Source: a virus (taxonomy: Duplodnaviria; Caudoviricetes). From it: a DNA stretch of 64,000 nucleotides. Shown here piece after piece: positions 18,726-27,660 of the stretch. Position 1 is the first letter of the stretch. Each line of letters starts with the position of its first letter. The notes beneath the pieces were generated by a model. That model was not told the origin of the DNA, did no database searches, and saw only the letters and a list, made by a program, of their open reading frames with translations. The DNA lies in IMG/VR virus record IMGVR_UViG_3300021425_003554, one strand, 5' to 3'. Made by a program: the position numbers and the translations under genes.

Positions 18726-18773
18726 ATACTATATCTAGTGCCACTCCTTCGAGCTCGATACTACATCTAGTAT
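18726..18773. promoter_or_regulatory. second copy of the tandem NrdR-box-like pair
   Basis: both 16-mers identical to 16311-16358; 32-bp spacing. Confidence 0.6.
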
Positions 18774-18806
18774 CTTTTAAAAAAATCATATTTTCTAAGG
18801 GTTTTT

Positions 18807-19037
18807 TCATCCAAATATCAAACCTGCCACATAGATCAGAGTTAGACCAGCATTCAGAACGATCAAAGAGTTCTCTCTCCAAAGTATGCCTATTACCACC
18901 CATATGCCATTTGCCACACAGAACAGATACACATACCAAGGATACAAGTTGAATGCCGCCAGTGTGGCCGCCATGATCAGTATGACTGTCCCAGTCCATG
19001 CCAAGGGTTGGTAAGGTTTAATCATTGGTTCTTTCAT
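18807..19037 (-). CDS. three-TM small membrane protein
   Basis: hydrophobic pattern; start uncertain. Confidence 0.6.
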   Translation of the reverse strand: MKEPMIKPYQPLAWTGTVILIMAATLAAFNLYPWYVYLFCVANGIWVVIGILWRENSLIVLNAGLTLIYVAGLIFG

Positions 19038-19302
19038 ATAAAGTAAATCTATCTGCGAATTTTTTGTGGCAATATGCCGACGGTCTCGAATAAACACATA
19101 CCCTACCCTCTTCTATGAATACCGATGATCCACGGTACTTTTTTCTGATCTTAACAACCTTTGCCAGTCTACTCGCCATGTAATGATTATACCAATTGTT
19201 AGGTATGTCTTTGGCAAAAGCCGATTCAGACTCTGGTGCCTTGTATTGTTTCAACCATACCTGTATATCTACGGGCAGACAAAATTTAACTAAACTGTCC
19301 AT
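19018..19302 (-). CDS. early hypothetical protein
   Basis: coupled ORF. Confidence 0.6.
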   Translation of the reverse strand: MDSLVKFCLPVDIQVWLKQYKAPESESAFAKDIPNNWYNHYMASRLAKVVKIRKKYRGSSVFIEEGRVCVYSRPSAYCHKKFADRFTLYERTND

Positions 19303-20051
19303 TAGACGTCGTCACCCTCCATCACATAGAAACTTGATGACTTACCGGTGCTGTCTTCTTGAAGGTAATGAATTTCACCATCATACTCGATCTCATTGAA
19401 ACACTTGAATCCATCACAATTTTCATAGGCTATCTTCATCCTCTTGAAGTCAAACCCATCTGGTCCGGTCTTGATAACGCCTTCGGTACCCCAACCACCT
19501 TTGTTGAAATACTGGCCGAACAGGTAATACTTGTCCTTGCAAGAGTCAGATCCGGAATGATGTTCTGCCAAACAATTGACCTTGACACCAAGTTTCTTGA
19601 ACTTCTCCATCTCGACCTGTTGATCCTCAACGAACCCACCATCGTCGTCTCGTAGGGCATTGCCGTCTTTGTCCGTCTCCGTTATCGTCACATACTGACC
19701 ATCAGAGAACTCCGGTCCGCTCATATGGCAGATGTCCTCGTACTCGTAGAACTCCTTATCAAATCTTGCATTTTCAGGCACACCATATTTCTCATTGGCC
19801 TCCGCTGGATCGAATCCTCTGTCGTTTAGGTATTGTGCCAGGTCATCCTTGCCTTCCCAGAAGTCAAATTGCTCCTTGGTTATCGAACCCATTGCCACTT
19901 CTCCTCCGTACCTACCAAAGTCCAACTTGAAATACCTTTCCGGTGTCTTGATTGCTTTTATCAATCGCTTCTGTTCCTTGATCTTCTTGGCTGTTTTCTT
20001 CACAGCCTTCTTGGTCTTCTTGGGTGTTGCCTTTTTCTTTTTCTTCGCCAT
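19302..20051 (-). CDS. hypothetical protein with Lys-rich N-terminal tail and acidic core
   Basis: MAKKKKKATPKKTKK N-terminus. Confidence 0.7.
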   Translation of the reverse strand: MAKKKKKATPKKTKKAVKKTAKKIKEQKRLIKAIKTPERYFKLDFGRYGGEVAMGSITKEQFDFWEGKDDLAQYLNDRGFDPAEANEKYGVPENARFDKEFYEYEDICHMSGPEFSDGQYVTITETDKDGNALRDDDGGFVEDQQVEMEKFKKLGVKVNCLAEHHSGSDSCKDKYYLFGQYFNKGGWGTEGVIKTGPDGFDFKRMKIAYENCDGFKCFNEIEYDGEIHYLQEDSTGKSSSFYVMEGDDV

Positions 20052-20063
20052 AGTCTCTCCTTG

Positions 20064-20327
20064 TTATCCGTTTAAGAAATGCCCCAGGTGATCTGGTTGT
20101 CTGTTCTTGGCAGGTGTATGACCCAGGTAATTGTGGCCTTCGTTGACCACTTGGGGTCTACCACCACCTATGTCAATCACCCAACCTGCAGGCCCTTGCA
20201 TAACTGCCTTGCCTTTGCAGACTTGACCAACATTGTTTTTATACCAAACCCGGTCGCCCTTCTGGATCTCGTCAAACAATTCGTCCTCCCATGCTTCGTC
20301 CTTTAATGGAAAATATTTTTCTGGCAT
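20064..20327 (-). CDS. SH3/KOW-like hypothetical protein
   Basis: IQKGDRVWY pattern. Confidence 0.6.
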   Translation of the reverse strand: MPEKYFPLKDEAWEDELFDEIQKGDRVWYKNNVGQVCKGKAVMQGPAGWVIDIGGGRPQVVNEGHNYLGHTPAKNRQPDHLGHFLNG

Positions 20328-20665
20328 TATACCTTCTCCTTTTCAAGTTCGTGGATAGGGTCTTCTTGGTATGGTTCAAAGTCCAATGACGCCGACTCAT
20401 ACAATTCGTACCATCTATCCTCTATCTGTTTATATTCCTCTATCAGCTCGCTCGGTTCCATGTTATGGAAACCCTTGAAACCACCTTCCAAGATGTGGGT
20501 CAGTGTAGAGTAATCACCCTCACGATAATCTGACATGATGCCCGCGAACTCCGCCTGTAGGCATCTCTCTGCCATCACATAGGGTGTCAGTTTCATAGCA
20601 CGATTGTCTTCGTATAAGTGATCCTCGTGTCTGTCCATTATGATGTCTGCCAGTCTAGTTCCCAT
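20327..20665 (-). CDS. acidic early hypothetical protein
   Basis: TAATG-coupled. Confidence 0.65.
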   Translation of the reverse strand: MGTRLADIIMDRHEDHLYEDNRAMKLTPYVMAERCLQAEFAGIMSDYREGDYSTLTHILEGGFKGFHNMEPSELIEEYKQIEDRWYELYESASLDFEPYQEDPIHELEKEKV

Positions 20666-20835
20666 TATATTTCCTCCGTTTCAATATGTTCTCTATATTC
20701 CCAATCTTCATTGTCGACTTCGCCCTCACCGTTGTGGGCCATTTGGTAGGCCTCATCTTCGTCCTTGGCTTCTACTATGAAAGTCTTTTGAACATCATAA
20801 CTCAGAACGACTGAGAATTGTTTTTTGTCTGCCAT
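20665..20835 (-). CDS. 56-aa acidic protein (VEAKDEDEA), resembles the N-terminus of 12589-13017
   Basis: TAATG-coupled at both ends; translated by hand. Confidence 0.6.
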   Translation of the reverse strand: MADKKQFSVVLSYDVQKTFIVEAKDEDEAYQMAHNGEGEVDNEDWEYREHIETEEI

Positions 20836-21470
20836 TATGCCTCCTCACCTATGTTGATCGCATTGCCTTTCACATACTCCGTGACATCTTCTTTCTCGGC
20901 TTCCTGTTCGGCTTCCCATTCTGCCATGGACTCTGTGATATTGAACATCTCGTCCAGTGTGGAACCAACGCCGTCCTGCCAAAAGTCATCTGTGGATTCG
21001 TAATCGCTGGGTTTATAACAATCATCTGCTCCATTGTCCCACTCACCCATGAAGTCACATCCACCTTCATAGTAGTATGCCTTCAATGAACATTCCTCGT
21101 TCTTGGCAAGGAAGTATTCATAAGCACCGATGGGTGGTGACCAGGCCGATGAGAATGCGAACGAAATAGTTGATTCGCCCTCACTCTGTTCTGTTAGATA
21201 TTGTCTGTCCACTCCGTAGAACTCATTGACGTCCCACTTGGTGCTCCAATTATCGCAGGCCCAACTGTACCAGTCTGAGTAGCCATACTTGGCCTTCAAC
21301 TTCTTGTTTTCTGAACCATCCGCCGTTGTGTTTCTCAACTCCTCAGGCATTGGATGGAAGAAGTTCAGAAGTCCACCACTATCTTTTTCTTCCTTTACTA
21401 TCTTCTCGATCTTGTCTATCACGGAGTTTGGCCCCGTGATAGTGACTTGATTATCGCACCAATTAGGCAT
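20835..21470 (-). CDS. DUF1281/YubB-like protein
   Basis: MPNWCDN start, WACDNWSTKW, FSSAWSPP. Confidence 0.8.
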   Translation of the reverse strand: MPNWCDNQVTITGPNSVIDKIEKIVKEEKDSGGLLNFFHPMPEELRNTTADGSENKKLKAKYGYSDWYSWACDNWSTKWDVNEFYGVDRQYLTEQSEGESTISFAFSSAWSPPIGAYEYFLAKNEECSLKAYYYEGGCDFMGEWDNGADDCYKPSDYESTDDFWQDGVGSTLDEMFNITESMAEWEAEQEAEKEDVTEYVKGNAINIGEEA

Positions 21471-21759
21471 TGATCGCCTCCTTGGTTTTGATTGGCGTTA
21501 AGTGAGAACCAGGTACATTCCATCTAGTTCCACTATCAGTTCTTACCAACACATATTTGATCTTGATCTTTTCAACAGTACCTTTTTCTGTTCTGCCGTA
21601 TCTGCCTTGGAAAGACACCCTGTCACCAACTTTCAATGAACGAGCATCCAATGAGTGTAATTGATTTCTTCTCAATTTCACCGCATCTATAACTTGATTC
21701 AATTCATCCGTGTTCAAAGTGTAGATGTCTTGGATCATTTTGTTTAGTTTTATATACAT
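21463..21759 (-). CDS. SH3/KOW-like early protein
   Basis: LKVGDRVSF..GTVEKI. Confidence 0.65.
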   Translation of the reverse strand: MYIKLNKMIQDIYTLNTDELNQVIDAVKLRRNQLHSLDARSLKVGDRVSFQGRYGRTEKGTVEKIKIKYVLVRTDSGTRWNVPGSHLTPIKTKEAINA

Positions 21760-21792
21760 ATTCTTAACACCTCCTATTAATGTTTATAATTC

Positions 21793-21820
21793 AGTATAGC
21801 ATGGATGGTAATAGCGTCAA
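21793..21820 (-). promoter_or_regulatory. phage early promoter TTGACG-16-TATACT
   Basis: direct match. Confidence 0.8.
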
Positions 21821-21893
21821 CCTGGCAAAAAGTCGCATAGAATGGAAGGTTTTTAATTATTTTTGGTGTGAAATATATAGAAATAATTACAGT

Positions 21894-22781
21894 ATGCCTG
21901 ATTTGATAGTGAGACTTGATAAAAATAATGATCATAATGACACATACGATTTAAACTATAATTTTTTGGATAACTCTTTTGTATCAAAATGGATAGATCG
22001 TTATCGTTTTTCACAGAGCCGAGGCGATGACATATCCACCCGGGATCAGTTCTATGGATTGAATTCAGAATGGACCGCGGAAAAGACCATATCGATCATC
22101 AACGAACGAGTGGATCAAATTAATCAATTGGTACCCGGTCTCATAGATAAAAAAGTGAATGATATAAATGATCAAGACACTCTCAATTATCTACACTCTT
22201 TCTTTGAACGATATCACGGCAAAGTAGATGCATGGTTGTCCGACCCGTGGTGGCAGGATAAACCTCGTGAATTAAGACCCATATGGTCAGACCTAAACAA
22301 TTACATTCACAGGTTGGAAGGATACAGGAACGGCAATCCAACACCCAGGATCAAGGTGTGTTGGTATGACACTCCCAAGATCAAAACATTTGATCCGGAA
22401 GACTATGCTCTGTTTGAAACAGGACATCGTTTTGGTTATATGTATTCGCTCTATGCTGATGTGGGCAAGGACATCAGATCATTGGCCTACGACGATGACG
22501 ATCACCATTTGGATTTTGTTCCACCCACTTACTACTCGGCCGACTTCCATTTGAGATTTCAAACTGAATCACAGGAAAAGATAAATGAGGTAGAAACTCG
22601 TTGTCGATCTTTCTACAATCAGAATAGCAACTATTTCATATCAAAAGGATTTGATGCTGATGATCCTAGATTGGTCATGGGATCCATACCCATTTCAAAA
22701 TTAGACTATGATGGTGACCAAGATCAATTACTGAAAGATTTAGGCAATTACAATCGTATCCAAGGTGTGTACCTTGTTTAA
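21894..22781 (+). CDS. hypothetical protein (start MPDLIV), lone + strand insertion in the early region
   Basis: long ORF with phage-like composition. Confidence 0.7.
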   Translation: MPDLIVRLDKNNDHNDTYDLNYNFLDNSFVSKWIDRYRFSQSRGDDISTRDQFYGLNSEWTAEKTISIINERVDQINQLVPGLIDKKVNDINDQDTLNYLHSFFERYHGKVDAWLSDPWWQDKPRELRPIWSDLNNYIHRLEGYRNGNPTPRIKVCWYDTPKIKTFDPEDYALFETGHRFGYMYSLYADVGKDIRSLAYDDDDHHLDFVPPTYYSADFHLRFQTESQEKINEVETRCRSFYNQNSNYFISKGFDADDPRLVMGSIPISKLDYDGDQDQLLKDLGNYNRIQGVYLV

Positions 22782-23002
22782 TTGATGCTTTCTCTTTCTT
22801 TTTGTAATTCGTGTTCAGACACATCTTCAAACCAAACACCGTTGGTTATCTTGTCCAGTGTGTCTTTGACCTCATACAGATCGTCTTCCAACTTCTTTAT
22901 TTTTTCAGATCTTGTTTCAAATTGAATTTGATCCTCTAAAGAAATCTTCTGCCTGATCAACTCTCTTATCTGTCTTTTTTTATCGTCTGTCATGATTTCC
23001 AT
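22778..23002 (-). CDS. coiled-coil hypothetical protein
   Basis: AGGAGG SD before MEIMTDD. Confidence 0.6.
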   Translation of the reverse strand: MEIMTDDKKRQIRELIRQKISLEDQIQFETRSEKIKKLEDDLYEVKDTLDKITNGVWFEDVSEHELQKERESIN

Positions 23003-23009
23003 ATGCCTC

Positions 23010-23240
23010 CTAGTCCAATAGTACCATGTATTCTTTGGGATAGTATTTTTGGAACCAGGCGATGCCTTTTTCCATGTGGTCATAATTGCCCAACATCTCC
23101 GCACCCTTGATAGTATCATAGACTGCCACCGCATCGGGTGATAGTTCAACTTCCTGACCCGAGTATGGATTTTTTATCGTTTCCGGTTTGTCTCCCACCA
23201 CACATTCGAATGGTAAGACCGGTGCCACTGATTTACTCAT
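23010..23240 (-). CDS. early hypothetical protein
   Basis: AAGGAG SD after the promoter at 23262-23289. Confidence 0.65.
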   Translation of the reverse strand: MSKSVAPVLPFECVVGDKPETIKNPYSGQEVELSPDAVAVYDTIKGAEMLGNYDHMEKGIAWFQKYYPKEYMVLLD

Positions 23241-23261
23241 ATCATCTCCTTTGTTAATTTG

Positions 23262-23289
23262 ATTATATAATAGATTACCATACGGTCAA
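23262..23289 (-). promoter_or_regulatory. phage early promoter TTGACC-16-TATAAT
   Basis: direct match. Confidence 0.8.
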
Positions 23290-23559
23290 CCTTGCCTCTT
23301 TGAGTGCCCGTTCTATGGCTGTTCTCCTGCCCTCTTCGGTGTTGGGCGAGGTATATCTGTATGTCCAATCGGGTGATCCATCGCCATCGGTGTGACCCCT
23401 GGGATATTTCTGGCCGTTGATCCTGACCAACCACCCTGCCACATTCACACACTCCAGTTCGTCGGAATCCTCATACTTTCTATTCCAATAATCGTTGTCG
23501 GTCCACTCGGTCTGTATCTTGAGTGGGATACCCTCATTCGCTATCGCTCTACTGATCAT
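23275..23559 (-). CDS. early hypothetical protein
   Basis: coupled ORF. Confidence 0.6.
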   Translation of the reverse strand: MISRAIANEGIPLKIQTEWTDNDYWNRKYEDSDELECVNVAGWLVRINGQKYPRGHTDGDGSPDWTYRYTSPNTEEGRRTAIERALKEARLTVW

Positions 23560-23749
23560 CTTTTATCCTCTTTATTATTTTGGGTTTTCTTGGAGCCAAT
23601 TGATTCCTGATATGTTCCTCGTCAAAACCCATCATCCTTTTGAATTTTCCGTTTACCTTGACTGAATAATTGTATGGTGGTCCGGACCACGGAGACAACT
23701 CTATGTTCTCGTATCCGACCACCATCTGCTTTTTGGATTTTTTTACCAA
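23549..23749 (-). CDS. early hypothetical protein
   Basis: coupled ORF. Confidence 0.55.
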   Translation of the reverse strand: MVKKSKKQMVVGYENIELSPWSGPPYNYSVKVNGKFKRMMGFDEEHIRNQLAPRKPKIIKRIKDDQ

Positions 23750-24133
23750 TTAGTCCGCTCTACTTTCTGAATAAACCCTCATTCCATATTTTTCAAGTTC
23801 ATTGGCAAAGGCATCACAGGCTATTTCTTTTATGCTCATCGATTGAGTCATTCTGTATTGATGATCTTTTGGCATGATGTCATAGTAAGATATCCTGTAT
23901 CCACCTCTGAAACCCGAATCACCTATTCCGTTGTTCTTACAGAACTTGACGAATCGTCCTCTCGCCGGATGTATTGAAACATTGGCGAAACCACAGTATA
24001 ATGGTTCACCGTGTTTGGCTGTATAGGCATCAACAGCCTCAATCGCTCGGTTTCTGGCATTATCAAACATAACCCCAGGTTCAATACCTTCTGCATTAAA
24101 TTTTAATAAAGTTTTATTGTCTTCTGTAATCAT
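23750..24133 (-). CDS. conserved T4-like hypothetical protein (YCGFANV motif)
   Basis: CGFA..QSM..KE..AFA..L pattern; AGGAGG SD. Confidence 0.7.
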   Translation of the reverse strand: MITEDNKTLLKFNAEGIEPGVMFDNARNRAIEAVDAYTAKHGEPLYCGFANVSIHPARGRFVKFCKNNGIGDSGFRGGYRISYYDIMPKDHQYRMTQSMSIKEIACDAFANELEKYGMRVYSESRAD

Positions 24134-24163
24134 TACACCTCCTGTTTTAAAAATTACTCTTTC

Positions 24164-24290
24164 ATTATAACATGGATGGTATTATGGTCAACCTGACTAA
24201 TAACTCGCATAAAATGGAAGTTTTTTGTTCGGCTTTATATATTATAATATAACTTTACCAGGTTGACCGTATTTGGTTCCGTGTTATAAT
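24164..24290. promoter_or_regulatory. divergent early promoter pair (- 24164-24191; + 24263-24290), both TTGACC-16-TATAAT
   Basis: direct match; marks the strand switch. Confidence 0.8.
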
Positions 24291-24296
24291 GACAGT

Positions 24297-24572
24297 ATGA
24301 TATATTTGGAAACAAAAAACGGTCAAATGGTCAAATCTTTGGAAACCTTGTATGAAGAATTCATAGATGGATACATCCAAGGCAATTTCATCGAAGGGGT
24401 CTGCTCTTGGAACGGAGACGATGCTTTGATGGGACCTAGATCATTCTCACATAAATTCAAAAAAGAAGCATCCAAATTGGGATTTGGTTATGAAGAATAC
24501 ATTGGTTTCGCCAATGAGTTGGAAGAGTGGTGCCAATCATATCTAGGTAATTTGGAGATGAAATTTAGATGA
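24297..24572 (+). CDS. early hypothetical protein, leaderless
   Basis: ATG 6 nt after the -10 box. Confidence 0.6.
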   Translation: MIYLETKNGQMVKSLETLYEEFIDGYIQGNFIEGVCSWNGDDALMGPRSFSHKFKKEASKLGFGYEEYIGFANELEEWCQSYLGNLEMKFR

Positions 24573-24775
24573 GTATAGAAGGATTGATAGGCGGAGTGAT
24601 GATGTTGATGGCATCTGTGTCAAACACGGGCACGGTGGATTCAAAAACTGTCTGGAATGCTGTGGTACTTGCGGACAAGGCCATGATCAAGACCGAACAA
24701 GGCACTTGGGGTGATTCGATCCACGAGGAATCATATCAGATAATCAAGGATACCATTAGGAAAATTGGTAGATAG
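24569..24775 (+). CDS. hypothetical protein
   Basis: ATGA-coupled. Confidence 0.55.
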   Translation: MSIEGLIGGVMMLMASVSNTGTVDSKTVWNAVVLADKAMIKTEQGTWGDSIHEESYQIIKDTIRKIGR

Positions 24776-24776
24776 A

Positions 24777-25250
24777 TTATTTAGGCTTAACTATTTTAGA
24801 CTTCTGTAATTTCTTTTTAGAGGCGAGACCCTTACCTTTTTTCAACTTCTTGCCTTTTTTCATTTTGGCAGTTCCGGTCTTCCTTTGCCCGATCTGTATG
24901 TTTTTCAATCTAGTGGATGCTCCACCTGACTTTATTGTTCTTGCTCTCTTCTGGGCGGTCTGCTTGGCTTTGGCCAATCGTTTCTGTGAAATCTTGGCAC
25001 CTGTTTTTGGTTTCAAAGGTGCGGAACAGGTATCCTGGTTGGCCACGATACGACCTTTCCTAGGACCTGCTATACATCTAAAACCTCTTTTCAAACCCTT
25101 GCCTTTGGTTCTTCGGAGGATTTGACCTATGCCTTCTGCTATGGCCGAATGGTCCGATGATGATACTATATCTTGTGCCACAATATCTTGTGCCTTTGAT
25201 TCGGTTATGGCACTAGAAGATTTGATTTGGATGATTTCGTTAATTCTCAT
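24777..25250 (-). CDS. Lys/Arg-rich basic late protein (MRINEII)
   Basis: TAAATA at 25259-25264 (-); very basic. Confidence 0.7.
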   Translation of the reverse strand: MRINEIIQIKSSSAITESKAQDIVAQDIVSSSDHSAIAEGIGQILRRTKGKGLKRGFRCIAGPRKGRIVANQDTCSAPLKPKTGAKISQKRLAKAKQTAQKRARTIKSGGASTRLKNIQIGQRKTGTAKMKKGKKLKKGKGLASKKKLQKSKIVKPK

Positions 25251-25447
25251 TATGACACTATTTATGGATCTTACACACCTTACAACCCGCTTAAGAACTT
25301 AAACACTCTTATAACTTAATCGCTTATAGGTTATAACTTAACCGCTGAACTGTTCTAAAACTGACACTATTACATGACAATGACAAAGTTGATCTTGCTC
25401 TTTTGTAACAATGATATAAGATCAACTTTAGACGGTTAAATACACAT

Positions 25448-25684
25448 ATGCGAATATTTGAAGTGATACAACTCAAAGACAACATAGGACCCGCACCGCG
25501 TGGCGTGTGTTCCAAACCCACATCATCACTGCCGGCATCGTGGGTGTCATCTTGTAAATCACAAGGTAAACGAAAAAGAACCGGTGCTAGGAAACAAAAA
25601 GTCAAAGGAAAAACCATCAAGGTTGCCAATAAAAGAATCAAGGGCAAGAAATATGGCGGCCCTCTGCCCGATTACTCCGCTTAA
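25448..25684 (+). CDS. small basic late protein (MRIFEVI)
   Basis: TAAATA at 25437-25442. Confidence 0.7.
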   Translation: MRIFEVIQLKDNIGPAPRGVCSKPTSSLPASWVSSCKSQGKRKRTGARKQKVKGKTIKVANKRIKGKKYGGPLPDYSA

Positions 25685-25757
25685 CATCAAAAAATTAAAA
25701 ACCTAATAGCGAGCCAAACTGCTATACAAAACCTAATAGCGAGCCATAATTAACTGT

Positions 25758-26897
25758 ATGCGTATAGGATTTGTAGGACTTGGTAAATTGGGTATGCCTT
25801 GTGCGGAAGCCATGGCCGAACGTGGTACCACAGTGAGTGGCTATGACATAGTGCCAAAAGTCAGTGAATACATTGATATAAAGTCTAACATCAGAGAAGC
25901 AGTGGAAGGGCAGGACATAGTGTTCGTGGCCACACCCACTCCACACACAGAAGGCTATGATGGTAGGAATCCAACCAGTCATCTAGAGCCACGTGACTTC
26001 AATTACGACGCCGTGATAGAAGTTCTGAAACAATGTGATCAACACATGAACAAAGATCAGATACTGGTATTGATATCAACGGTGTTGCCTGGAACCACTC
26101 GCAGAGAGTTTGATCCTTTGATAAAAAACACTCGCTTTGTATATAATCCTTATTTGATCGCCATGGGAACAGTGAAAGCAGATTTCCTATCTCCAGAGAT
26201 GTTGATAGTGGGCACCAAGAATGGTAGCATGACAGAGGAAGCAAACACCCTGATCAATTTTTATCAAAAAGTTTTGGGATATTTTCCCAGGATAGAAACA
26301 GGCACATGGGAAGAAGCGGAAGCCATAAAGATATTCTACAACACATTCATATCCACAAAGATCGCTCTGGTCAACATGATACAGGACGTGGCACAGAAGT
26401 TGGGCAACACCAATGTTGATAGAGTGACCACAGCATTGGCCAACAGCACCAAACGTATAATAAGTTCAAAGTACATGAAAGCAGGCATGGGAGATGGTGG
26501 AGCCTGTCATCCCAGGGACAACATCGCCCTGAGATGGTTATCCAAAGAACTGAAATTGGGTTATGATCTTTTTGATGCTGTGATGACTGCTCGTGAACGT
26601 CAGGCGGAAAACATGGCATTGGAAATATTGAAGTATGGAAACAATATACATTTCACTTCCGACAGTTACAAACCCGGAACAAATCTCACCGATGGATCAT
26701 ACAGTATTTTGGTTCAACATTATGTAAATAAACACGGAGGACAGTTGGTTAACGGATTTGATAATGTTGTGGAAGTAATTGTGAGAGTGCATGAGTCAGA
26801 TCAATTCACAACAGACGACAAAGTGATTATCTTCGATCCATGGAGGACATACCCCAAAGCAGACAACGTGATTTATTATGGCGAGACTACCCAGTAA
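25758..26897 (+). CDS. ugd: UDP-glucose/GDP-mannose dehydrogenase family
   Basis: GFVGLGKLG Rossmann, FVATPTP, YNPYLIA, KIFYNTF, GDGGACHPRD catalytic Cys. Confidence 0.9.
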   Translation: MRIGFVGLGKLGMPCAEAMAERGTTVSGYDIVPKVSEYIDIKSNIREAVEGQDIVFVATPTPHTEGYDGRNPTSHLEPRDFNYDAVIEVLKQCDQHMNKDQILVLISTVLPGTTRREFDPLIKNTRFVYNPYLIAMGTVKADFLSPEMLIVGTKNGSMTEEANTLINFYQKVLGYFPRIETGTWEEAEAIKIFYNTFISTKIALVNMIQDVAQKLGNTNVDRVTTALANSTKRIISSKYMKAGMGDGGACHPRDNIALRWLSKELKLGYDLFDAVMTARERQAENMALEILKYGNNIHFTSDSYKPGTNLTDGSYSILVQHYVNKHGGQLVNGFDNVVEVIVRVHESDQFTTDDKVIIFDPWRTYPKADNVIYYGETTQ

Positions 26898-27255
26898 AAC
26901 GGTAATGAGAAAGTTCGGAACTTTCAACAAGATGAGTAAGATCTATTCCCCACACAGAAAAAGTTTCATATTCGAAGGCAGAGTTTACTGGATACATTTC
27001 AAAACAGTCGAGGAAGCATTAGATTATTTTTTTACTCCAAAGGCACTGGCAAGTTACAAATACTGTCATAGATTTGAAAAAAAGTTGATTGACAATTATT
27101 CATTACACTGGACCATTGATTTTGGTGTGCCCGAAAATCCCAATGAAAAACCCTGGGCCGACCGCTGGAAAGATATCAAAGAGATGTTGACAGATCGGGG
27201 TTTGTGGTTCAATCATCCAACAACAATCACACACGACGCTCCTCATCTATTTTAA
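26878..27255 (+). CDS. hypothetical protein
   Basis: overlap-coupled; followed by a terminator. Confidence 0.55.
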   Translation: MARLPSKTVMRKFGTFNKMSKIYSPHRKSFIFEGRVYWIHFKTVEEALDYFFTPKALASYKYCHRFEKKLIDNYSLHWTIDFGVPENPNEKPWADRWKDIKEMLTDRGLWFNHPTTITHDAPHLF

Positions 27256-27261
27256 AGTCAT

Positions 27262-27296
27262 AAAAAAAGGGCGACACATTTCTGTACTGCCCTTTT
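27262..27296. terminator. bidirectional intrinsic terminator
   Basis: A7-GGGCG..TGCCC-T5 between convergent genes. Confidence 0.75.
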
Positions 27297-27308
27297 TATA
27301 CTCTAAAT

Positions 27309-27509
27309 TTATGCTACTGATAGATTCACAGCACTAGGTCCTTTTGGACCATCCTGTGTTTCAAACGTAACCGTGTCGCCTTCGTTCAACGAGTTTAGGC
27401 CTGCGGCCTCCACTGCTGAGATGTGTACGAACACATCCTTGTCTTCGCTGGCGATGAATCCAAAACCCTTGGAGGCGTTGAACCATTTAACTGTTCCTTG
27501 ATTGCTCAT
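27309..27509 (-). CDS. cspA: cold-shock protein
   Basis: [24 protein letters not shown] motifs. Confidence 0.95.
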   Translation of the reverse strand: MSNQGTVKWFNASKGFGFIASEDKDVFVHISAVEAAGLNSLNEGDTVTFETQDGPKGPSAVNLSVA

Positions 27510-27628
27510 GTTTGCTCTTTCTTTATTGTTTATGTTATGAGGTAGTCTGTATCTAAAATAGGGCGGGAGGTTTGTTATATCTTCTGCGTCTTGTCTTGTT
27601 ACTCTTGTCTCATCTTTACTTATGCCTT

Positions 27629-27660
27629 AAAAAAAGGGCGATAGTTTCCTACCGCCCTTT
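27629..27660 (-). terminator. intrinsic terminator
   Basis: AAAGGGCG(A/G)TAG stem with T-run on the - strand. Confidence 0.75.

Noticed and set aside
8955-24290. Repeated 30-90-bp intergenic sequences as a CRISPR array
   Set aside because: They are kilobases apart, separated by whole genes, and read as promoters. The Cas4-like gene at 38000 is a typical phage exonuclease with no array nearby.
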